From assembly GCA_965261595.1 (NCBI GenBank), contig CBDHDG010000006.1, positions 352,001 through 416,000 on the forward strand: 64,000 nucleotides of DNA, in the 5' to 3' direction. The translations under genes and the position numbers were made by a program. This document shows, piece after piece, positions 1 to 9,572 of the stretch. The notes below the pieces were generated by a model that did not search any database, was not told where the DNA came from, and worked only from the letters and a program-made list of their open reading frames with translations. Numbering within the stretch: position 1 is the stretch's first letter; the number at the start of each line of letters is the position of its first letter. Origin of the DNA: a bacterium. GTDB taxonomy: Bacteria; UBA8248; JACPRG01; G963555815.

Positions 1-541
1 CGCGGCGGCGGATGGCCGGAGCGACGCGTCTCAACGGGAGATGCGCCGTCACCAGGGCCACGCGGAGCTTTCCGGCAAAGAAGGCCATGGCGAACTCCTC
101 GGCCCCGGTGAGCTCGGCCAGCGCCTCCGTGTGTCCGGGGTGCGAAATCCCGGCCAGATCCCAGGCCCGCTTCGAGATGGGGGCGGTGACCAGGGCGTCG
201 GCCCGGCCGGATCGGACGAGGCGGACGCCGGCCTCCACGCATTCGTAAGAGAACCTTCCGGCACCGGCGGAGAGGACTCCCCACTCGAAGTTCCGGCCCC
301 TTCCCGCCTTCTGAACGTGAAGACCGGCCAGCCAGTCCCGCGCGCCGCGGGCGGACCCGCCATTCAACGTGCGGGCGGCCCTCTCAAGAATTCGCCGGTC
401 GCCCAGGATGATGAGCTCGCACACGCGCGCAAGGGCGGGGTCGTTCGCCGCCCGGAGGACGATCTCGGGGCCGATTCCGGCCGGGTCTCCCGGCGTGAGG
501 ACGATGGTCGGCGGTTCGGAGGAGGGCTTACGCGCGGTCAT
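1..541 (-). CDS. pdxA: 4-hydroxythreonine-4-phosphate dehydrogenase, 5' part (runs off window start)
   Basis: Not in the ORF track. Manual minus-strand translation from ATG at 541 gives IVLTPGDPAGIGPEIV...ALVTAPISKRAWDLAGISHPGHTEALAEL...LRVALVTAHLPL, the PdxA motifs. Confidence 0.9.
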   Translation of the reverse strand, partial: MTARKPSSEPPTIVLTPGDPAGIGPEIVLRAANDPALARVCELIILGDRRILERAARTLNGGSARGARDWLAGLHVQKAGRGRNFEWGVLSAGAGRFSYECVEAGVRLVRSGRADALVTAPISKRAWDLAGISHPGHTEALAELTGAEEFAMAFFAGKLRVALVTAHLPLRRVAPAIRRR

Positions 542-1035
542 GGCAATCCATTCAGGGCATTCCTGTAGATTATACCACGGTGTGCGGGGCGTCCCGCGAA
601 AACGGGTGACTTCCGCATCATCGGCCGGGGAGATTGCACCCCGCGGCGATCCGTTCCATATTTTCACCGTGATTCATCACCCGATTGACAACCCGTTCCG
701 GTTCCGCATACGATCTGAAACAGATTCCTTCTTGCGCCCGGCATCGGATTCAATCGCGATTATATACTTGACCCCTCGACCCACTCATGTAGTAAAATGG
801 ACCCAAAAGGCCGAACCACAAGATGTAGGGGTTGACATTCTCCCTATTTCTGCTCGAAACTGAAGCTCCTTAGATCACTAGACTTTGGTGGCAGAGATTG
901 CACACAGGTTCTATATCCTGCAAAACGGAGCATGAACCAAATCAATCATTCTGGCATCGAAAGTACAAGATCATAATGTCAGGCCGACGGCCAATTGGTG
1001 TCGCTTGTCCTTTTCTGGGGCCTGGAGAAAACAAG

Positions 1036-1539
1036 ATGAAAAAGTGTCCCCTGTATTTTAACATCCGAGAACACGTCTTTGGCAAAGGGTTCCTCGCAGA
1101 GGTCGTAGCAAAGGGCAAGGCCTTCACCGAAGAAGAAAAAGAAGGTGTTTGGTTTTACGGTGTGGAGCCAGGTGGTCTAGCTGCGTGCGGGAAGACCAGG
1201 ACAGAGGCCTATTGGGAATTCAAAAAAACATTCATTTCAATAATCTTTGATTTCGCTGAAAAGGAGCAGAACTATGACCAATTCAGCGAACGGGTACAGC
1301 GTTTCTTCCACGAGGTAAGCCGCCCCACGCTTGAAGAATGGGAAGAGGCGGTGTGTGATGTAAGAAGCGGAAAAGTGAAGGAAGATACCCTAACGAGGGA
1401 GCCTGCGGAATCCCCTGCTCAGGTCGATGTAAGTCTAATCGTTGCCATGAATCAAGGGAGGCTCCTAGAAAATTCACTATTGCCAGAAAAGAACAAGATT
1501 GAACAGACAGAACCTAAAATCAACCTCTTGGCGGCTTAG
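1036..1539 (+). CDS. HicB-like (RNase H-like fold) putative antitoxin
   Basis: ATG 1036 after GGAGA; EEEKEGVWFYGVEPGGLAACGKTRTEAYWEFKK resembles the HicB G-x-T-x-x-E-A signature; acidic C-terminus. Confidence 0.5.
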   Translation: MKKCPLYFNIREHVFGKGFLAEVVAKGKAFTEEEKEGVWFYGVEPGGLAACGKTRTEAYWEFKKTFISIIFDFAEKEQNYDQFSERVQRFFHEVSRPTLEEWEEAVCDVRSGKVKEDTLTREPAESPAQVDVSLIVAMNQGRLLENSLLPEKNKIEQTEPKINLLAA

Positions 1540-1544
1540 GGCGT

Positions 1545-1865
1545 TTGGGCTCTTTTGGCCAAGTTAAGCTCAAAAATGTCTTTGACATGCTCAAGAAGTG
1601 TGCCCAAGGACACGAGATTGAAACGACTGACCACTATTACTGCGTAAAATTTGGGGAGAAATCCTTCCCCTCATTGCCAAAAGGGGAGCACGGCTCAAAA
1701 TCACAAGCCGATATCAAGAGGGGTAAGATCAAGCAGATGGTCAATCATTTGGAGATTGACCCAAAATGTGAGAATAAAGAAATCCCATCCCTGAATCTAA
1801 AAGCCAAGCCCATAAAAAAGGCAACGTTACACTTGACATACCCAGTGATGGGTGCTAAGCTATGA
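1545..1865 (+). CDS. HicA-like putative toxin; C-terminus interrupted by the IS at 1820
   Basis: Small basic protein (DHYYCVKF...LPKGEHG...IKRGKIKQMVNHLEI) with a HicA-like pattern, 5 bp after the hicB-like gene; the last ~14 codons are read from the IS end. Confidence 0.5.
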   Translation: MGSFGQVKLKNVFDMLKKCAQGHEIETTDHYYCVKFGEKSFPSLPKGEHGSKSQADIKRGKIKQMVNHLEIDPKCENKEIPSLNLKAKPIKKATLHLTYPVMGAKL

Positions 1866-1897
1866 TTAAGTTGGCACCATTTACTGGGGAAAAGCGC

Positions 1898-3481
1898 ATG
1901 ACGCCCGTGACGGTTAACCTCGACGCTCTTATACCCCGTGGCGACTTTGTCTCGGAGGCGATCCAATCCGGCGGAAGTCCACGACAAACAATCAGCATTT
2001 CAGACTTTGGCAGCAATGGTTTCTTCCAAAACTCACTTAGGAAGCCGGACTTTCAGCGCGAAACGACGCACTGGGCGCCAGCGGCAGTATACGATTTGGT
2101 CCGCGCATTCCTTCAGGGCGATCTAATCCCAGCCGTCATTCTTTGGGAGCGAGGAGACGAAGTTTTTGTTATTGATGGCGCGCACCGGCTGAGTGCTCTC
2201 ATTGGGTGGATTCGCGATGACTATGGCGACGGCACTAATTCTAACGCGATCTTTGGGAGCGGGCTGACTGACGAACAGCGAAAGATTGCCGACCGCACGA
2301 GAAAGGTCATTAATAAGGAAATTGGACCATACGCTGAGTTTATTGGTCTGATAGGGCAGTCGGTCCCCAATCCTGTAAAGGCAAGGTATCTAAGCGCAAT
2401 TGGAAAGAATTCTGTTCTTATTCAATGGGTTAAGGCAGAGAGTACCGAAGCCGCGGAGAATTCATTCTTTAAGATCAATCAAGCAGCACAGCCTATTGAT
2501 CCCGTCGAGCGGCGTATCCTTCAAAGTCGCACATCCCCGAACGCGATAGCGTCTAGATGCATAGCCAGGGGCGGTAGAGGCCACAAATATTGGGCTAAAT
2601 TCGATCTGTGCCGACAGGAACAGGTAGAGGAACTAGGGGCTCAGATTTGGGATATATTGTATAAGCCAGCTCATGCCCCGCCCATTACATCCACCGACCT
2701 GCCGATAGCCGGGCAGGGCTATAACGCTCTGCCGTTTGTGTTCAATCTGGTGAGTCTCACGAATGGATTGAAGATTCCTAATAGCCTAGCGAACAAGACC
2801 ATGGAAAATCCTCTTCCGCCTGATGAAACTGGAGAGGAAACCATTGAATACCTAGAGAATGTTAAAAAACGCCTTATTTTGGTTAGCACAAACCATGCAG
2901 GGTCTCTAGGGCTCCACCCTCTTATTTACTATTACGCGAGATCAGGTCTCTTTCTTTCAAACGCCTTCCTCGCATCTCTGGAGTTTTCCAAAAAACTAGA
3001 TAAAGAAAATAGAAAAGATGACTTTACGCGCGTTCGGAATCGATTAGAAGAGTATCTTCATGCAAACAAGTTGTTTGTATCTCTCACGATTAGTAGGTTG
3101 GGAAGTGGTGGGCGCAGCCTGAATCGTATCGCCAACCTCTACTGGTCCATCTTTGAGGGAATGCACCAAAGGCTGTCCGATGCCGATCTATTCGAGGCGT
3201 TTATCGAACGAGATGATTTTGTCCACTTGAAGCAGTCAAGCATACCGCCGCCGACGTTCGACAGGGAGGTCAGTAAGCGTGGGGCATCCCGTGAATCAAA
3301 GTCCGCAACATTCATTCGAACGGCGCTAGATAATCCCATTAGATGTGACATTTGCAAAGCGCCTATCCACAGTAATTCTGTGACATTTGATCATGTGATT
3401 CGAACAAAGGGCGGGGGAGACAACCAAAGCGATAATCTACGGCTTTCGCACCCTTACTGTAACTCGGGATTTAAGGGCTAG
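1898..3481 (+). CDS. DUF262 (ParB/Srx, GmrS-like) plus C-terminal HNH nuclease; GmrSD-like putative defence protein
   Basis: KPDFQRET..W, IPAVILW, VIDGAHRLSAL (DUF262 motifs); CDIC...TFDHVI...GG.N..DNLRLSHPYCN (HNH). Start 1898 (GGGGA RBS) or 1862. Confidence 0.8.
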   Translation: MTPVTVNLDALIPRGDFVSEAIQSGGSPRQTISISDFGSNGFFQNSLRKPDFQRETTHWAPAAVYDLVRAFLQGDLIPAVILWERGDEVFVIDGAHRLSALIGWIRDDYGDGTNSNAIFGSGLTDEQRKIADRTRKVINKEIGPYAEFIGLIGQSVPNPVKARYLSAIGKNSVLIQWVKAESTEAAENSFFKINQAAQPIDPVERRILQSRTSPNAIASRCIARGGRGHKYWAKFDLCRQEQVEELGAQIWDILYKPAHAPPITSTDLPIAGQGYNALPFVFNLVSLTNGLKIPNSLANKTMENPLPPDETGEETIEYLENVKKRLILVSTNHAGSLGLHPLIYYYARSGLFLSNAFLASLEFSKKLDKENRKDDFTRVRNRLEEYLHANKLFVSLTISRLGSGGRSLNRIANLYWSIFEGMHQRLSDADLFEAFIERDDFVHLKQSSIPPPTFDREVSKRGASRESKSATFIRTALDNPIRCDICKAPIHSNSVTFDHVIRTKGGGDNQSDNLRLSHPYCNSGFKG

Positions 3482-3619
3482 AGATATGCTCTTGAATGCC
3501 CGGTCAAAAGCCTTTGGGTCTTTATCCACCTCGACTTCTTCGGCGGTTTCGAGAAAACGCCTATATTGCTCAGGATCGTCAGGCTTAAAAGCTGTCTTAT
3601 GTGTGGGCTTCTGCATCAT
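3437..3619 (-). CDS. Small hypothetical protein downstream of the IS1595 transposase
   Basis: ~60 aa, DPEQYRRFLETAEEVEVDKDPKAFDRAF; co-oriented with the transposase, inside the TIRs, GAGG upstream. Confidence 0.55.
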   Translation of the reverse strand: MMQKPTHKTAFKPDDPEQYRRFLETAEEVEVDKDPKAFDRAFKSISLALKSRVTVRVRKP

Positions 3620-3740
3620 GGGTGAACCATACCTCACAACCAGTCAGTCCTCAACGATGAAGAAAAACTCTAGTTGCGGGTCGGGCAACTGCAACCGAGC
3701 CCATACCCGCCAGCGCCGGGTTTTCTCGTTTAGCGATTGC

Positions 3741-4676
3741 TTACGAGTGAGCCGTTTCGTAGGTGAGTCGTTTGCCTTTGAACCCTTTCAGAGCGACCGC
3801 GGCGCGGCCAACGTCGTCTACGCCCAACCCTTCTCGGTTGCTGTAGCGGAAGTCGAACTCGGCCAGATAGCGATGCAGGTGTGCCTCGCTAACGTGGAAG
3901 TAGCATCCGGTGATACCGCGCTTGAGGATGCTGAAATAGTTCTCGACGGTGTTGGTGTGTGCATTCCCGCGCACGTACTCATTGGAGCTGTGGTTGACGC
4001 TATTGTGCTCGAAGTCTCGCCCCATTTGGCGGTACTGACCAGCTTCGTCAGTGTACAGATTGGACTTGCTGTCAATCTGGGCCACCAACACCGGCCGCAG
4101 ATTTCCGGCGGTGACGCTCGCAACGCGTATCGAACGAACGCGTCCATTTCTCTCCACCAGAGACAGCACGGCTACCTTGCCAACAGAGCCACGGCCAGTG
4201 CGCAGTTTCTTGTTGGCATGCTTGTTCTTCTCCTTGCCGCCGATATAGGTTTCGTCGACCTCGACCGCCCTGCCTTCGCCGCCCAGGGGATCAAGCGATC
4301 CGTCTTTCATGGCTTCGCGGATGCGATGGGCAAGGAACCACGCAGTCTTCATGCTGCACTGGAGCATCCGTTGAATTTGGCGGGTTGCGATGCCCTTCTT
4401 GCTGGCGCACATCAGATGGATCACTTGCAGCCACAAGTGCAGCGGCAGGTGCGAAGACTCGAAGATAGTCCCGATCCGAATGGTGAACGGTTTCTGGCAG
4501 GCGTAACACTTGTGCAAACCCTTGCGGGTGGTCTTGCCATTCAGCTTGCGGACATGATCTTCAGTAGCGCCACAGAACGGACAGTAAGGGCCATCTGACC
4601 AAAGGGAATTCTCGACGTATGCGAAGGCCGCATCCTCATTGTGGAAATGCGAGGCAGATAGAACAGAGTGGGCCAT
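3741..4676 (-). CDS. IS1595-family (ISXO2-like) DDE transposase
   Basis: Zn ribbon CPFC...CYAC, HTH ending KTAWFLAHRIREAM, VEVDETYIGG, LYTDE, HTNTVENYFSILKR; ATG 4676 with GGAGGT RBS. Confidence 0.96.
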   Translation of the reverse strand: MAHSVLSASHFHNEDAAFAYVENSLWSDGPYCPFCGATEDHVRKLNGKTTRKGLHKCYACQKPFTIRIGTIFESSHLPLHLWLQVIHLMCASKKGIATRQIQRMLQCSMKTAWFLAHRIREAMKDGSLDPLGGEGRAVEVDETYIGGKEKNKHANKKLRTGRGSVGKVAVLSLVERNGRVRSIRVASVTAGNLRPVLVAQIDSKSNLYTDEAGQYRQMGRDFEHNSVNHSSNEYVRGNAHTNTVENYFSILKRGITGCYFHVSEAHLHRYLAEFDFRYSNREGLGVDDVGRAAVALKGFKGKRLTYETAHS

Positions 4677-5143
4677 GAGAGAATACCTCCTGACCCCAAT
4701 ATGGGGGATCGTGCGTGGTATGTCAAGTGTAACGTTGCCATAAAAAAACACTTGCCACAAAAAAGGCCACGGCGCCGGGGTCAGCCCCGATGATCCCTCG
4801 AAAAACCTCCCCCCTACATCTTGTGGTCAACCGAGACGCGGACGCGATCTACATGTTGTGGTCGTCTGTGTCAAGTATATAACTCCGGTATTCAATCATC
4901 ACCTGGCGGTCGGGTTGCGGGTTCAGATACGTCCTCTTCTTGATTGCCGCGAGAGGATTTTCCGGATAGAAGGCGGTCTAAATTCCAATCATGTCAGAGA
5001 TGGGGATTCCATCCGCCTTCGGGGGAGGGGAGGGGGAAGAATCCCCGCGCGTTTTTTTCCGTCGTTTTGTTTGATGTTTTCCAATCGGGATTATGTAGTA
5101 AGGGATCTATCCCGTCTGTTTTTCCTGCAGTAGGAGTATATGT

Positions 5144-7337
<2,194 letters not shown>

Positions 7338-7366
7338 AAGTCCTCAAGACCGGGGGTTTTTCGCAC

Positions 7367-8212
7367 GTGCGAGAGATCGAAGCCGCGCTCATCACCGAAA
7401 CCGTCCAGGAGGTGTGCGTGCGGGCCAACCGCGTCCTGGGCGGGGACATGAAGGCGGCCTTCGCGCAGTCCATGGAACGCGAGGAATCGGCCGCGGGATT
7501 GATCGTTCTCGAACAGCTCGTCGAAAATGCCCGCCTGGCTGGCGAGCGGGAATCGCCCCTTTGCCAGGATACGGGGTTTGCGGTCTTCTTCCTGGATGTG
7601 GGTCAGGATCTGCACGTCGCGGGGGGAAGCCTGGAGGGGGCCGTCCAGGAGGGCGTGCGGCGGGGTTACCGGGACGGGCTGTTGCGGGCCTCGATCGTCG
7701 AGCGGCCCTTCTCCGGCCGGTTGAACACGGGCGACAACACGCCCGCGGTGATCCATACCCGGATCGTTCCAGGAGAGGACCTCCGTATCATCTTCGACGC
7801 CAAGGGGGCCGGCAGCGAAAACCAGAGCGGGCTCCGGATGCCCAAGCCCTCCGACGGGCGGGAGGGGGTGCGGGACTTCATCGTCGAAGCGGCCGTGAGC
7901 GCCGACCCCAGCGCGTGCCTGCCTTTGATTGTGGGGGCGGGGGTCGGCGGAACGTTCGAGATGTCGGCCTTGATCGCCAAGCGGGCGCTGCTGCGGGAGC
8001 TGGGCGCGCCCCATCCAGACCCGGAAACGGCCGCGCTCGAGGCGGAGTGCCTCGAAGCCATCAATGACTCCGGCGTCGGGCCCATGGGGTTCGGCGGCCG
8101 GGTGACCGCCCTGGCGGTCCACATCGAGACCCATCCGTGCCACATCGCCAGTTTGCCCGTGGCCGTGAACATCGAGTGTCATTCCCACCGCCACGGGGAA
8201 GTGACGCTGTAA
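7367..8212 (+). CDS. Class I fumarate hydratase, alpha subunit (Fe-S hydro-lyase)
   Basis: PLCQDTG, NTGDNTPA, KGAGSEN, GVGPMGFGG, PCHIASLPVAVNIECHSHR; TCA context. Confidence 0.92.
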   Translation: MREIEAALITETVQEVCVRANRVLGGDMKAAFAQSMEREESAAGLIVLEQLVENARLAGERESPLCQDTGFAVFFLDVGQDLHVAGGSLEGAVQEGVRRGYRDGLLRASIVERPFSGRLNTGDNTPAVIHTRIVPGEDLRIIFDAKGAGSENQSGLRMPKPSDGREGVRDFIVEAAVSADPSACLPLIVGAGVGGTFEMSALIAKRALLRELGAPHPDPETAALEAECLEAINDSGVGPMGFGGRVTALAVHIETHPCHIASLPVAVNIECHSHRHGEVTL

Positions 8213-8222
8213 TGGAGATCCC

Positions 8223-8792
8223 GTGTCCGAAGAAAAGCAGCTCAGCACGCCCCTGACCGACGAGGACGTAGAAGGTCTCCGGGCCGGCGACAAGGTCCGG
8301 CTCTCCGGGCCGCTCATCACGGCGAGAGACGCGGCCCACAAGCGGTGGGTGGCGTTGATCGACGCCGGCGAGCCGCTCCCTGTCGATCTGACAGGGCAAG
8401 TGATATACTTCGTCGGGCCCACGCCCCCCAAGCCCGGGGAGGTCATCGGCGCGGCCGGTCCCAGCACCGCGTCCCGAATGGACGCATACTCTCCCAAGCT
8501 GATGGCCCTGGGTCTGAAGGGAATGATCGGCAAGGGCGCGCGGGGTCCGGAACTGATCGAGGCCATCCGGAAGTACAAGTGTGTATACTTCGCCGCCGTG
8601 GGCGGGGCGGGCACGTTGCTGTCTCAATACATCAAGTCCAGCGAAATGCTGGCTTACGAGGACCTGGGAACGGAGGCCGTCCGCCGCCTGGATGTGGAGG
8701 GCTTTCCGGTGATCGTCGCCAACGACGTTTCGGGCAACGACCTCTTCCGGATGGGCAAAGAGGCGTTCGCCCGAAAGAGAAATCGGGCGTAG
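8223..8792 (+). CDS. Class I fumarate hydratase, beta subunit
   Basis: TARDAAHKR, AGPSTASRMD, GMIGKG, YEDLGTEA. Confidence 0.92.
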   Translation: MSEEKQLSTPLTDEDVEGLRAGDKVRLSGPLITARDAAHKRWVALIDAGEPLPVDLTGQVIYFVGPTPPKPGEVIGAAGPSTASRMDAYSPKLMALGLKGMIGKGARGPELIEAIRKYKCVYFAAVGGAGTLLSQYIKSSEMLAYEDLGTEAVRRLDVEGFPVIVANDVSGNDLFRMGKEAFARKRNRA

Positions 8793-8819
8793 CGCATCCG
8801 AAAGCAAGGAGAGATTCGC

Positions 8820-9572
8820 ATGGCCAACGCGGCTGCAACCGTCGGAGGAGAAGGCTTCGGCGCGACGAAACGGCGCGACGCCTGGTGGTTGGAGCCCCTG
8901 GTGACCGGCCTGGGCCTCGGGCTCTTCGGCGTGTACGCCACCTGGGCGGCTTTTCAGGGGGAGAACTACTACGCCGCGCCTTACCTGTCCCCCTTTTACT
9001 CCCCGCTGATTCTGGTGGATTGGTGGCCCTTTTCTCCCGCCATTCTGATTTTGTGGGCGCCGCTGGGGTTCCGGGGGACCTGCTACTACTACCGCAAGGC
9101 CTACTACCGGGCCTATTTCCAGGACCCGCCCGCGTGCGCGGTGGAAGAGCGCAAGGGCCGGTACTATGTGGGCGAACGGGCCTTCCCCTTCGTTCTTCAG
9201 AACCTGCACCGGTATTTTTTCTACGCGGCCGTCGTGGTCGTGGCCTTTCTGTGGTACGACGTCTATGAAGCCTTCTTCTTCGCCGAAGGCTTCGGGATGG
9301 GCCTGGGGACGCTGGTCCTGTTGGCCAACGTCGTTCTGCTCTCCGCCTACACCTTCTCCTGCCACAGCTTCCGGCACCTCATCGGCGGAAAGCTGGACTG
9401 CATGGCGTGCACGCACCAAGGCGGCGCGCGGCACAAGGTCTGGAGCGGGGTCAGCCAGATCAACCACCACCACATGTTCTGGGCCTGGACCAGCCTGGTC
9501 ATGGTGAGCGTTGCGGATCTGTACGTCCGGCTGGTCGCCTCGGGCGTCATTCAGGACGTGAGATTCTTCTGA
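8820..9572 (+). CDS. Succinate dehydrogenase membrane anchor, mycobacterial Sdh1 (Rv0249c)-like
   Basis: Multi-TM protein with YLSPFYSP, FRGTCYYYRKAYYR, PPACAV, QNLHRYF, SCHSFRH, HMFWAW; stop overlaps the sdhA start. Confidence 0.85.
   Translation: MANAAATVGGEGFGATKRRDAWWLEPLVTGLGLGLFGVYATWAAFQGENYYAAPYLSPFYSPLILVDWWPFSPAILILWAPLGFRGTCYYYRKAYYRAYFQDPPACAVEERKGRYYVGERAFPFVLQNLHRYFFYAAVVVVAFLWYDVYEAFFFAEGFGMGLGTLVLLANVVLLSAYTFSCHSFRHLIGGKLDCMACTHQGGARHKVWSGVSQINHHHMFWAWTSLVMVSVADLYVRLVASGVIQDVRFF

Larger units (their letters stand above)
1820..4739 (-). mobile_element. IS1595-family transporter IS (tIS) with passenger genes
   Basis: Perfect 23-bp TIRs GGCAACGTTACACTTGACATACC (1820-1842; reverse complement 4717-4739); 8-bp TSD ATAAAAAA (1812-1819, 4740-4747); contains an intact transposase. 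Confidence 0.95.
756..4889. mobile_element. Outer non-autonomous IS1595-like element carrying a hicBA-like pair, with the inner IS nested inside
   Basis: TTATATACTTGAC at 760-772 is inverted at 4870-4882; ACCACAAGATGTAGGGG at 815-831 is exactly inverted at 4811-4827 at the same offset; 8-bp direct repeat ATTCAATC at 748-755 and 4890-4897; lower GC than flanks. Ends uncertain by 1-3 bp. Confidence 0.7.

Noticed and set aside
898..1035. N-terminal extension of the hicB-like ORF
   Set aside because: TTG start without an RBS; ATG 1036 has GGAGA.
3486..4598. 370-aa plus-strand ORF inside the IS
   Set aside because: Antisense shadow of the transposase.
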